DNA of 64,000 nucleotides, taken from positions 1,677,257 to 1,741,256 of the forward strand of contig CBDDDZ010000005.1 of assembly GCA_965226795.1 (NCBI GenBank), read 5' to 3'. Shown here one piece after another: positions 48,319 through 58,083 of the stretch (within the stretch, counting starts at the first letter, position 1; the number at the start of each line of letters is the position of its first letter). The DNA is from Candidatus Latescibacterota bacterium (GTDB lineage: Bacteria; Latescibacterota; UBA2968; GCA-2709665). The notes under the pieces are model-generated. The model saw only the letters and a list, made by a program, of their open reading frames with translations. It was not told the origin of the DNA and searched no databases. Position numbers and translations under genes: made by a program.

Positions 48319-50256
48319 TCAACCGCAAGTGGCGCCTTTCCGGACAACGACAGAACTCTCCGCCCCGCGTCGTCCGAATGCATTCACCGGCCTGACAGTC
48401 AGCCTGCTCATCTGCGGATTCAGACGCCAGGTGAAGGCGGCCACCCCCTTCTCCTGCCACACGCCGTCGTCGATTCGTATCTCAAATCCCCTCAAATTCG
48501 CGGTATCCGTATCCAGCAACACACGGAGCGTAATTTCGTCGTCGTCGGACTGTTGAAGGTGAATTACGGCCCGGTTCGGGGTCCAGTAAAGGTCGCCGGG
48601 GCGCTCCGTATGCTCGGAAAACCATGGCAGTCCGGGCGTGTCCGCGTCCTGCCAGAACAGATATCTGTTGAAGTGATAGGATATTTTACCATGTTCGGGC
48701 TCTCCGGGCCCCATTGTGTCCAGTTCGTCGTTCCGAAGGGAGATCATAAAGCGTTCGAACAATTCCAGGCGCCTGGCCACCTGAAACTTATCGGCAATCG
48801 CAGGCGGCGGCTCGGGAACGATCTTTACATCGGCGTAATCCTGTTCCACCCACGCTCGGTGCGCCTCCAGTGCGGTGAGCGGCACCCCCCGGCGCTCAAA
48901 ATGGTATGTGAATTTGGTCTCGTCGTTGGGGTCTCCACCCACATCCATTGCAACCCATTTGCCGTGCTGGTTCGACCAGACTTCATTGATACAATGTGAA
49001 CGCATTATCTGAGTTCTCGCCGTAAATCCCAGAGCGGCGCTACAATGCGACATCACAGTCGCATAGTGTGTGCACATCCCGAGGCTCAATTTGCGACTCG
49101 CAAGGCTCAGAATAACCATGGCGTCCCAAGGTGGGCAGAATTCAATTTCACCCATGTTCCAGCCGTCCTCCCACTGCTCCCTCACCCACTGCCGCAAGTG
49201 CAGGAACGCCTCGAACTCGGACTTTGCGGGCCGGATCACATCGTCCAGTCTCCACCGCTCCCGCAGGATCTGCCCACGTTTTGAGTCCGCGGGCAGATGT
49301 GAAAACCGGTAGGAACTCCGAACCAGCGCCGGGTTGGCGGAATCGACGATCCTTGCCACCGGCTGTGTAACCCGCGCGGTTACCGAAAGCGACACTGCCA
49401 CCACCTCCGGCGTCATCGATGGCTGACCTGACCGCATGACGATGCGCCACTGCAGGAACCGGATGGAGCTGGCCGGTTCTATCGATTCGGACACGGGCGC
49501 CCACGCCGTCCAGGTTTTCGGGCTGTACGCCGGACAAGGCCCGCCCCGCCACTGCAAGTTCGTGGTGCATCCCGCGGGCGTCCGAACGTCGGCCGACAAC
49601 CGGATATTTGCCACGCTGCCTGCGGCGGCGATCCCGCCAGTGGAGACAAGACCGAGCAGATCCACGGCATTGGAACAGATCTCGCCCGTCTCCGCAATTT
49701 GATCCAGCCAGAGCCGAACCATATATTCTCCGCAAGCCCCATGATTTACTCCCATTTCCTCCGAACGCCAGGTCTGACCGCCGTCTTCACTAACGGCGCT
49801 TCGTTTCGGCTGTACGCTCTCTTCCACCAACAATGTCCACGCCGCATCGGCTACAGCTCTGAAAATCACCTGGTTCTCGCCCGCGCTGAGCCAGTGGGTG
49901 GGAATCTCCACTGGCCGCCAACGGTCCTCCCAATAAGTACGGTCGCCGGGCCAGCCAATCCTCAACGAATGACCGTTCACGTCAATCTCCAACTCTCCGC
50001 CGGCACTGTCACACAGCAGATACGGGCATAGCAGCGCACGGGAAGCGCCCAATACGGGAATAAAGAATATCTTTCGGGCTTGCCGCAGCCCCAAGACCGT
50101 CTCCCGATCGTTAAGACTGCAGTTGCCCATTTCGTCCGCGACGGTAATCCCTCGCCTGAGCCTGACGGTGTTCTCCGTTATGGAGATTCCCCTGCCCGTA
50201 CACGCCACGAAATCGCGGCGTGTACACCAGACTCTGGTGCCGTGCGCCAATGTCAT
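48319..50256 (-). CDS. Transglutaminase-like domain protein (645 aa)
   Basis: A Cys-His-Asp core is recognisable in LSLGMCTHYATVMSHC...KWVAMDV. Confidence 0.55.
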   Translation of the reverse strand: MTLAHGTRVWCTRRDFVACTGRGISITENTVRLRRGITVADEMGNCSLNDRETVLGLRQARKIFFIPVLGASRALLCPYLLCDSAGGELEIDVNGHSLRIGWPGDRTYWEDRWRPVEIPTHWLSAGENQVIFRAVADAAWTLLVEESVQPKRSAVSEDGGQTWRSEEMGVNHGACGEYMVRLWLDQIAETGEICSNAVDLLGLVSTGGIAAAGSVANIRLSADVRTPAGCTTNLQWRGGPCPAYSPKTWTAWAPVSESIEPASSIRFLQWRIVMRSGQPSMTPEVVAVSLSVTARVTQPVARIVDSANPALVRSSYRFSHLPADSKRGQILRERWRLDDVIRPAKSEFEAFLHLRQWVREQWEDGWNMGEIEFCPPWDAMVILSLASRKLSLGMCTHYATVMSHCSAALGFTARTQIMRSHCINEVWSNQHGKWVAMDVGGDPNDETKFTYHFERRGVPLTALEAHRAWVEQDYADVKIVPEPPPAIADKFQVARRLELFERFMISLRNDELDTMGPGEPEHGKISYHFNRYLFWQDADTPGLPWFSEHTERPGDLYWTPNRAVIHLQQSDDDEITLRVLLDTDTANLRGFEIRIDDGVWQEKGVAAFTWRLNPQMSRLTVRPVNAFGRRGAESSVVVRKGATCG

Positions 50257-50524
50257 AGCCGTTCCCCAGTCAGATTGGAGAATTGCGCCGTCGTTGTCGT
50301 TTCACTATATTTAGGACGCCCCGATGTGCGGGCGGTGATTCAGGTTTTCACAACGGGTTCCTGCACCGCTTCTGACCGGTTTGTTGTGCCCCGTGCGTCA
50401 TTGCCCAAACCGGACCTTGTATTCTGTTTTTCGACTTCCGGTCGGGAACGAGGCGGAACCCCGGCGGGAAGAAATCACGTTCACGAAAACCTCGGTCGGG
50501 TACGACCGCACCAGGAATGCACTT

Positions 50525-51997
50525 ATGCCAACCGGAGACATCGTCCGCATCGGACACCTGAAGACCGTCGAAGCGTTTCGGAAGCGCCTAGAGACCCTCT
50601 GTCTGGAATTGCCCTGCGACCAGGACATCCTTACTGCACCCGAATCTCCGCTCGCACAACCTTTTCCGTTCGCCCCGGCGTCCATCGGCAATCGGTTTGC
50701 AATTCATCCGATGGAAGGCTGGGACGGCCTTACGGACGGCACACCATCCGAAAATACCCGGCGCCGGTGGCGGAATTTCGGTCTCAGTGGAGCAAAACTT
50801 ATCTGGGGGGGCGAGGCGATTGCCGTTCGACCGGAAGCACGTGCAAACCCCAACCAGCTGTACGCCGCAGACCATACCCGACGCGGCCTCGCCGAACTGC
50901 TGGACATACTACGAGCGGCGCACCGACTGCACGCTGGCGACACGGACGATCTGCTGGTCGGGCTGCAACTCACGCACTCGGGACGGTTCTGCCGGCCTGC
51001 GCACAAGAGCAGGATGGAACCCAGAATTCTGTACCGTCATCCAATTCTTGACCGTAAATTCGGCGTGGGTCCGAAGCACCCCGTGATGTCGGACAGCGAG
51101 ATACGATCCGTTATCGACGATTACGTGAAGGCAGCCCGAATGGCCTCTGATTTGGGCTACCAATTTGTGGACATCAAGCACTGCCACGGATATCTGGGAC
51201 ACGAATTTCTGAGCGCCGTTACCCGCAACGGTCCCTATGGCGGCACCTTTGAGAACCGAACGCGTTTCCTTCGGGAAATTGTGCAGGGCATCCGGGCCTT
51301 TGTTCCGGATCTCCAAATTGGTGTTCGCCTGAGCGCTTTCGACTTTGTTCCGTTCCGGCCGGATCCGAAACAGACTGACGGTCATAAACAGGGCCCGGGC
51401 ATACCGGAAGATTTCGACCACTGCCTGCCCTATGCATTCGGTTTTGGAACAAACCCGTCCAACCCCGTCGTCCCGGATCTTACCGAACCCTATATGTTTC
51501 TCGACTTGCTCGAACGCCTGGACATCCCGCTGGTCAATATTTCTGCCGGCAGCCCGTATTACAGCCCCCACATTCAGCGGCCCGCGTACTATCCGCCTTC
51601 AGATGGTTACCAACCACCTGAAGACCCTCTTGTGGGCGTCGCGCGTCAGATCGACGCCGTCCGGCGGATCAAGACGCGGCATCCCAACCTGATTGTGGTG
51701 GGTACGGGGTATTCTTACCTTCAGGAATTTCTGCCGCACGTCGCTCAAGCACTCGTGCGCGCAGGGCAGGTCGACTTTATCGGTCTGGGCCGGATGGTCC
51801 TTTCCTACCCGCAGCTTCCGCTTGACGTCCTCAGAAACGGAGAACTGAACATCCGGGCCATCTGTCGAACGTTCAGCGATTGCACCACCGCCCCTCGGAA
51901 CGGGCTGATATCGGGTTGTTTCCCGCTGGATGGTCATTATAAAAAATCCCCTGAAGCCAAACGCCTCAGGGAAATTAAGAAAGCCGCCCGTTCCTAG
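50525..51997 (+). CDS. Old Yellow Enzyme-family NADH:flavin oxidoreductase
   Basis: ATG at 50525. OYE TIM-barrel motifs ([20 protein letters not shown]) are present. Confidence 0.8.
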   Translation: MPTGDIVRIGHLKTVEAFRKRLETLCLELPCDQDILTAPESPLAQPFPFAPASIGNRFAIHPMEGWDGLTDGTPSENTRRRWRNFGLSGAKLIWGGEAIAVRPEARANPNQLYAADHTRRGLAELLDILRAAHRLHAGDTDDLLVGLQLTHSGRFCRPAHKSRMEPRILYRHPILDRKFGVGPKHPVMSDSEIRSVIDDYVKAARMASDLGYQFVDIKHCHGYLGHEFLSAVTRNGPYGGTFENRTRFLREIVQGIRAFVPDLQIGVRLSAFDFVPFRPDPKQTDGHKQGPGIPEDFDHCLPYAFGFGTNPSNPVVPDLTEPYMFLDLLERLDIPLVNISAGSPYYSPHIQRPAYYPPSDGYQPPEDPLVGVARQIDAVRRIKTRHPNLIVVGTGYSYLQEFLPHVAQALVRAGQVDFIGLGRMVLSYPQLPLDVLRNGELNIRAICRTFSDCTTAPRNGLISGCFPLDGHYKKSPEAKRLREIKKAARS

Positions 51998-52037
51998 CAA
52001 GGGGAAAGCGGCGCGCCGCCACCCGTGCCCGACGCGC

Positions 52038-52847
52038 TCAACCCTCTTTGCCATTGTTGACCGCCACGGATTTGAGTACGAAGACCTCCTCCAGATTGAA
52101 GAAATCGACGCTGGGTATCAGCTGGACTTCCTTGAAAAGCGCCTGATCGTGTTCGCCCACCCGGGTTACCGTGCCAATTAAGAGACCCTTGGGAAACAGA
52201 CCGCCCAAGCCCGACGAAATAATCCTATCGCCCTCGGAAACCTCGCTACGTACCGACACGTGCCTGAGAAAAAAGCTGCCGTTTTCGCACGTTACAATTC
52301 CCGACGTCCTTTCGTTGCGCTGAACGATCGCGCTAACCCTGCAATTGCGATCTAGCAACAACTGAACCACGGCAGTCCGCGGGTGAACTTCCAGTACGCG
52401 TCCAACGAGCCCGTCCGCGGTTACGACCGGCATGCGTTTCGCCACCCCGTCCGCCGCGCCCATGTCCAGGAGTACCGTGTTCAGTACGCGGTTCGGATCT
52501 CGGGCAACCACCTTTGCCACCAGATAGGTGCCCTCGGCCTTCGTTCGAAAGTCGAGTAACTCGCGAAGTCTTAGATTCTCCATCCGCGCTTCACGGAGTT
52601 CCATCAACTCGAGCGAGATCCGCAGATTCTGTTCCCGCAAGATATGATTTTCATGACGCAGCCTGAATAGTTCCCTGGGCCATCTGAACAATCCGTGCCC
52701 GGCTTCCATAAACCCGGTGGCGATGCCTCTTGCCAGCGCCACCGCATCAGATTGGCTGAGTGCCATGAGACTCAGCGATACAAAGATGGCCACGCCCAAC
52801 ACGACAAAAGCACGGCGTCCACGTATAAAGCCAAGCAGCCACTGCAT
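52038..52847 (-). CDS. mreC: Rod shape-determining protein MreC
   Basis: N-terminal TM segment, coiled-coil and a C-terminal beta domain. It lies directly downstream of mreB. Confidence 0.85.
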   Translation of the reverse strand: MQWLLGFIRGRRAFVVLGVAIFVSLSLMALSQSDAVALARGIATGFMEAGHGLFRWPRELFRLRHENHILREQNLRISLELMELREARMENLRLRELLDFRTKAEGTYLVAKVVARDPNRVLNTVLLDMGAADGVAKRMPVVTADGLVGRVLEVHPRTAVVQLLLDRNCRVSAIVQRNERTSGIVTCENGSFFLRHVSVRSEVSEGDRIISSGLGGLFPKGLLIGTVTRVGEHDQALFKEVQLIPSVDFFNLEEVFVLKSVAVNNGKEG

Positions 52848-52869
52848 GGGTTATCCAAACCATTATCGA

Positions 52870-53889
52870 TTATAATAACAACTTCTGATACTGGTCGATA
52901 TTTTCAAGAACGCGCCCGGTGCCGCGGACAACACAGGTGAGCGGGTCGTCTGCCACGATCACCGGCAAGCCGGTTTCCTCCATCAGCCTGTGGTCCAATC
53001 CGCGCAGCAATGCCCCGCCACCCGTCATAATGATGCCCCGATCGAGTATATCGGCAGCCAGTTCGGGCGGTGTATGCTCCAGGGTCTGCCGCACCGCTTC
53101 CAGAATGGAATTCACCGTCCCATTGAGAGCCTCCCGAATTTCCACCGAATCGACGATAATGGTTTTCGGGATAAAGCTGACCGTATCCAGACCCCGGCAA
53201 GGATGCTGGAATTCGCTATCCAGTTTCCCGGCAGAACCGATTTCACATTTGATCTGCTCCGCGCTCCGTTCCCCAACAAGAAGGTTGTGTTTGCGTCTAA
53301 GCATCGTAATAATGGCCTGATTCATCCCGTCGCCCGCTATTTTAATTGACCTGGAGGTTACGATGCCCGACAGGGCAATCACGGCGATTTCGGTTGTACC
53401 GCCTCCGATGTCAATTACCATGGACCCCACTGCCTCTTCCACGGGCAGGCCGATCCCTATGGCTGCGGCCATGGGTTCCTTGATGATATACACCTCGCGG
53501 GCGCCTGCGCGCTCCGCGGACTCCCGGACGGCCCGCATTTCGACGGCGGTCACGCCCGAAGGAACGCATATCACAATTCGCGGGCGTACGAGAAGCCTGT
53601 TTTTTTTAACCTTTCGGATGAAATGCCGAAGCATCTCTTCGGTCACATCGAAATCGGCAATAACCCCGTTACGCAATGGACGTATCACCTCAATATCCGG
53701 GTTCTGGCGCCCCATCATCTGCTTGGCATGGGCACCGATGGCCAGCGGTTTTTGGGATTTTCGATCCAGAGCCACCACCGACGGCTCATCTACCACGATA
53801 TTCTGTCCTTTGACATAAACCAGCGTATTGGCCGTACCCAGATCGATACCGATGTCGTTGGACAGCAGCCTGGAAAGAAAAAATGCCAT
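52870..53889 (-). CDS. mreB: Rod shape-determining protein MreB
   Basis: Actin-fold motifs: DIGIDLGTANTLVYV and IGGGTTE. Confidence 0.9.
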   Translation of the reverse strand: MAFFLSRLLSNDIGIDLGTANTLVYVKGQNIVVDEPSVVALDRKSQKPLAIGAHAKQMMGRQNPDIEVIRPLRNGVIADFDVTEEMLRHFIRKVKKNRLLVRPRIVICVPSGVTAVEMRAVRESAERAGAREVYIIKEPMAAAIGIGLPVEEAVGSMVIDIGGGTTEIAVIALSGIVTSRSIKIAGDGMNQAIITMLRRKHNLLVGERSAEQIKCEIGSAGKLDSEFQHPCRGLDTVSFIPKTIIVDSVEIREALNGTVNSILEAVRQTLEHTPPELAADILDRGIIMTGGGALLRGLDHRLMEETGLPVIVADDPLTCVVRGTGRVLENIDQYQKLLL

Positions 53890-53910
53890 AGTGATTCAGT
53901 TCCTAACGGG

Positions 53911-54789
53911 TTAGCCAAGCAATCGATCCCGGACGTCGCGATACTTGTCCAGCGTTTTCTCGACAATCTCGTCTGGCAACTCCGGCGCGGGCGGGATCTT
54001 GTCCCAATCGAGGGTCTCGAGATAATCGCGGACAAACTGCTTGTCGAAACTGTCCTGCGACCGGCCCGGCGCATAGAGTTCGTGGTCCCAGAAGCGGGAG
54101 GAATCCGGCGACAGGATCTCGTCGATCAGGATCACCTCACCGTCACAAAGGCCGAATTCGAACTTGGTATCGGCAATAATGATTCCCTTGCCCTCGGCGA
54201 ACGTTCGGGCGGCGTCGTAGATCTCCAGCGTTAAATCCCGCAACCGGGACGCAAGGTCCGGCTCCACGACATCGCACATCTGTTCGAATGAGATGTTTTC
54301 GTCGTGTCCGGTCGAGGCTTTCGTGGCCGGTGTAAAGATCGGCCGGGCCAGCCGGCTGGACTCCTGGAGCCCGCCGGGCAACTGTACCCCGCATACGGCG
54401 CCTGTCTTCGTGTAATCCTTCCATCCGGACCCGGCAAGATATCCCCGGACGACGCATTCGATATCCACCCGGTCGGCCTTCATCACCAGCATCGACCTCG
54501 ATTCAAGCTGGTCTCGATAGGCCTGCAACTCAGGAGGATACTCGTCGACGTTCGCCGTGATCAAATGATGGTTGACCACGTGAGCGAGTTTCTCGAACCA
54601 GAAGAGAGACATCTCCGTCAGAATAGCGCCCTTGCCTGGAATGCCGTTGGGCGCGACACAGTCAAACGCCGAGATTCGATCCGTCGCCACAATTAAAAGT
54701 CGATCTTCCAAATCGTAGACATCACGGACCTTTCCCCTGGCGAACAGGGGAACGCCGTCCAACCTCGTCTCCGTCAACGCCAATTTCAT
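53911..54789 (-). CDS. purC: Phosphoribosylaminoimidazole-succinocarboxamide synthase
   Basis: SAICAR synthetase motifs (GKVRDVY, IIADTKFEFG). Confidence 0.9.
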   Translation of the reverse strand: MKLALTETRLDGVPLFARGKVRDVYDLEDRLLIVATDRISAFDCVAPNGIPGKGAILTEMSLFWFEKLAHVVNHHLITANVDEYPPELQAYRDQLESRSMLVMKADRVDIECVVRGYLAGSGWKDYTKTGAVCGVQLPGGLQESSRLARPIFTPATKASTGHDENISFEQMCDVVEPDLASRLRDLTLEIYDAARTFAEGKGIIIADTKFEFGLCDGEVILIDEILSPDSSRFWDHELYAPGRSQDSFDKQFVRDYLETLDWDKIPPAPELPDEIVEKTLDKYRDVRDRLLG

Positions 54790-54805
54790 GGACGCATAGC
54801 CTCCT

Positions 54806-55465
54806 CTAGTTTAAAATTCGGACCTCCCGGCCAGCGACGCTTATTCTGCCTTCCGCGAACAAACCGATCGCTTCGGCATACAACTCGTGCTCCACGGCCA
54901 GTACCTTGCGTGCGAGGGAATCGGGCGTATCTTCGGTTGCAACGCGGACCCTTCGCTGCAATATGATCGGGCCGGTGTCGTATTCCTCGTCCACGAGATG
55001 CACGGTCGCACCGGAGACCACCGCGCCACTCCGGACGACAGCTTCGTGGACACGGTGCCCATACATACCCAGGCCGCCGAATGCCGGAAGGAGGGCGGGG
55101 TGTATATTGACGATACGGTCTCTATAGTTCTCGAGAGTCACGGGGCCAAGTTTCTTCATGTATCCGGCCAGAACCACCAGGTCGACGCCGTGGGACCTGA
55201 GCGTTGCCGCGATAGTCCGGTCGAGTGCGCCGGGTTTCGGGTGCGTCAGACCGCTCAGGTGGAATGCGGGAACGCCCGCCCGCCGGGCGCGGGCAAGAGC
55301 GCCCGATCGGCTGTTATTGCCGATCACAACGGCCACACGCGCCGGAAGCCTGCCCGAATCGCTCCGGTCGAGTATCGCCTGCAGATTGGTTCCCCCTCCC
55401 GAGGCCAGAACACCCAGGCTGTAGGCAACGTTACGTTCAGACTGGTTTATAATTCCAGAATCCGA
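54806..55465 (-). CDS. purN: Phosphoribosylglycinamide formyltransferase
   Basis: LASGGGTNLQAIL N-terminal motif and the formyltransferase core (HPALLP, D in VHLVDE). The start is uncertain (candidate GTG near 55463); the listed 288-aa ORF N-terminal extension is likely spurious. Confidence 0.7.
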   Translation of the reverse strand, partial: SDSGIINQSERNVAYSLGVLASGGGTNLQAILDRSDSGRLPARVAVVIGNNSRSGALARARRAGVPAFHLSGLTHPKPGALDRTIAATLRSHGVDLVVLAGYMKKLGPVTLENYRDRIVNIHPALLPAFGGLGMYGHRVHEAVVRSGAVVSGATVHLVDEEYDTGPIILQRRVRVATEDTPDSLARKVLAVEHELYAEAIGLFAEGRISVAGREVRILN

Positions 55466-55665
55466 CACGGGGATACGTTCCGATGGCTGACTCTGCAACA
55501 GATAATTCGGCGGGGAAAAAGCAGAAAAGGGGGAAGACGCCCGACGGCAAGAATGGCGTCGGGACTGAGAGACACGTGACTCAAACAACTCAAAATAACC
55601 CATTGCCCGCCCGATGTCAAGCGCTTTGCAGGCAAGGTTCAGGCGGAGCGAGAGACAAAATCCAC

Positions 55666-55696
55666 TTGACAAAAATGCAACAAAATTCCTTATTTA
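55666..55696 (+). promoter_or_regulatory. Sigma70-like promoter for galU (TTGACA + AT-rich -10)
   Basis: TTGACA at 55666-55671. TTATTT/TATTTA lies 17-19 nt downstream. Confidence 0.35.
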
Positions 55697-55750
55697 AACC
55701 GATATATGTTAAGCACTTACTCATTTGGCTCACCACAGCGGAGGTTGCCT

Positions 55751-56647
55751 TTGAAGATTCGCAAGGCTGTGATCGCGGCGGCCGGGCACGGCAGCCGGAT
55801 GTTGCCGGCCACCAAAGCCCTGCCCAAAGAGATGATGCCTGTGGTAGACAAACCGGCTATACAATACATCATCGAAGAACTGGTAGAAGCTGGCATTGAA
55901 GACATTCTGATAATTACGGGCAGAGGCAAACGGGCCATAGAAGACCACTTCGACCGCAATGTCGAACTTCACAACGCCCTGGCAGAGCGGGAAGACCGCT
56001 CGATGCTCGCAACCCTTGAATGCATCGAGCAACTCGCCGACATCCACTATCTCCGACAGAGAGAACTACTCGGAACCGGTCACGCTGTCCTCAGGGCCCG
56101 CAAACACGTCGGTGACGAACCGTTTGCAGTGTTATTCGGAGACGACCTGGTGGTATCCGACCGTCCGTGCATCGGGCAACTGATGGATCAATTCGACAAT
56201 TTCGGCGCGTCGATTCTGGCGGTTAAAGAGGTGGCCCCCGAACTTGTCGGCAGCTACGGCGTGATCAAAGCCGAATCCATCAACGGGGCATATCTCGTGA
56301 AGGGCCTGGTGGAAAAACCCGTCCCGGCGCAGGCACCCTCAAATCTCGCCTGCCTCGGGAGGTATATCTTCGAACCCGACATCTTCGATTTTCTGGATCG
56401 AATCACCCCGGTGGAAAATGGCGAGTACCAGCTTACCGACGCCATTCAGCTGATGATTCAAACCCGACCCGTGTACGCGTGCGCAATTGATGGGGATTGG
56501 CACACGGTTGGCGACTTGCTCTCGTATTTGAAAACAACGGTTGCATTCGCCGTGGAGCACCCCACCATTGGCGATTCCTTCCTGGAATATCTGAAAACAA
56601 CCTGTCAATCCCTGTTTCTGGACGTCGAGAAATCACGCGACCATTGA
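55751..56647 (+). CDS. galU: UTP--glucose-1-phosphate uridylyltransferase
   Basis: Likely TTG start at 55751 (LKIRKAVIAAAGHGSRMLPATKALPKEM) with a GGAGG SD 6-7 nt upstream. Confidence 0.8.
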   Translation: MKIRKAVIAAAGHGSRMLPATKALPKEMMPVVDKPAIQYIIEELVEAGIEDILIITGRGKRAIEDHFDRNVELHNALAEREDRSMLATLECIEQLADIHYLRQRELLGTGHAVLRARKHVGDEPFAVLFGDDLVVSDRPCIGQLMDQFDNFGASILAVKEVAPELVGSYGVIKAESINGAYLVKGLVEKPVPAQAPSNLACLGRYIFEPDIFDFLDRITPVENGEYQLTDAIQLMIQTRPVYACAIDGDWHTVGDLLSYLKTTVAFAVEHPTIGDSFLEYLKTTCQSLFLDVEKSRDH

Positions 56648-56653
56648 ACGGGC

Positions 56654-57322
56654 TCATGCCCGGGCAAGAATGCCATCAAAGTCAGCCAGAATCTCGTCCA
56701 CGCGGGCGACAATTGCGCGCTCCTGACTCGCGATCCATTCGACATCCTGCCTGCTGAGCTCCCCACGCCTCTCAAAGGTTTCCAGTTCATCCCGATCAAG
56801 AACCGTGAGCCGGCCTTCCGAATCGAACCAGAGATCCAGCATCAGGTCGACATAATCAACGCACTGATCGCCCACCTCCAGATTCTTGCAGATGTGAAAG
56901 AGATGGCCCAGCAGCCGCCCTACCGGATCGTAAGTTTTCCACAATACATACCCGGCCCCTTGCCGATAGTATCCATACGTAACGGACCCGGTTCCGAACG
57001 TGATATCGCCCACCCGCCCGGGCCGTGTGTTCACATATTTGAGTATAACGCAACCCGGCATACGCACAAGGGGTTCGCAAACAAAAACGGCGTCCGGTTT
57101 GTCCAGGTGCCGTTTTACTTCCCGATAACTCATTGCGTTTACGAACCGCTTAAAAGATAACAGAACAACATCGTGGTACATGCCACCAACCAGCATGCCC
57201 ATTGAAGCAGTTTCGCGCGTCGTCCCTCCATACCTGACGAAATGGATTGACCAAGATAACAACAAAGGAACACCAGCGATATTCCGATACCCCAGATTGT
57301 AATCAAGAAAGACCCTCCTCAT
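56654..57322 (-). CDS. DUF402-domain protein (putative nucleoside di/triphosphatase-like)
   Basis: 222 aa. It overlaps the upstream pcm stop by 4 nt. Confidence 0.5.
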   Translation of the reverse strand: MRRVFLDYNLGYRNIAGVPLLLSWSIHFVRYGGTTRETASMGMLVGGMYHDVVLLSFKRFVNAMSYREVKRHLDKPDAVFVCEPLVRMPGCVILKYVNTRPGRVGDITFGTGSVTYGYYRQGAGYVLWKTYDPVGRLLGHLFHICKNLEVGDQCVDYVDLMLDLWFDSEGRLTVLDRDELETFERRGELSRQDVEWIASQERAIVARVDEILADFDGILARA

Positions 57323-58062
57323 TCCTGCGCCTGTGCCTCTCCCGTCATCGGTACGAACCGGACGGGAATTACCCTTTCTTCCCTAACGCCATTCTTCTCC
57401 TTGACAAGCAGCGTCAGGGTTTGATTGGCGGTGCCTACAGGTATCACCATACGCCCGCCTTCCCGAAGCTGTTCGACAAGCTTTGGCGGAATATGGTCGG
57501 GCGCCGCCGTCACGATGACTGCGTCGAACGGCGCATGTTCCTTCCAGCCCCTGTACCCGTCACCTAGACGCACGCTAATGTTGTCGTATCCCATTCGTGT
57601 GAGTCGTCCTTCGGCCTGGCGAGCGAGCGACGGCACGATTTCAATGGTATACACCTCGCGCACGAGCTTTGCCAGAACAGCCGCCTGATAGCCCGAGCCG
57701 GTTCCCACCTCGAGCACCCTCTCGTCGCCTTCAAGGTCCAACAATTCCGTCATCTTCGCCACAATGTACGGCTGCGATATCGTCTGGTCTTCGCCAATAG
57801 GCAACGCGCCGTCGTCATACGCGCGTTCCTTCAGGTGTGCGGCCACGAACAGGTGGCGGGGCACCCCCAGCATCGCATCGAGCACGCGGCGCTCCTTGAT
57901 TCCGCGGCGCTCGATCTGTATTTTTACCATCCTTTTGCGCATAATGAGAAATCGCGCCTCCTCATCCACCGACAACCTTTGTCTGTCTGTCGAATCCGCA
58001 CTACAACCTGCGCAAAGCGCCAACCATAGCGCCGGCAACGTAGCGCCGCGTAAGCGATGCAT
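57319..58062 (-). CDS. pcm: Protein-L-isoaspartate O-methyltransferase with lipoprotein-type signal peptide
   Basis: Lipobox LALCAGCS. The SAM-binding motif VLEVGTGSGYQAAVLA and the PCMT core are present. Confidence 0.8.
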   Translation of the reverse strand: MHRLRGATLPALWLALCAGCSADSTDRQRLSVDEEARFLIMRKRMVKIQIERRGIKERRVLDAMLGVPRHLFVAAHLKERAYDDGALPIGEDQTISQPYIVAKMTELLDLEGDERVLEVGTGSGYQAAVLAKLVREVYTIEIVPSLARQAEGRLTRMGYDNISVRLGDGYRGWKEHAPFDAVIVTAAPDHIPPKLVEQLREGGRMVIPVGTANQTLTLLVKEKNGVREERVIPVRFVPMTGEAQAQE

Positions 58063-58083
58063 GGTCTACGGCCTCCCGGTGAA

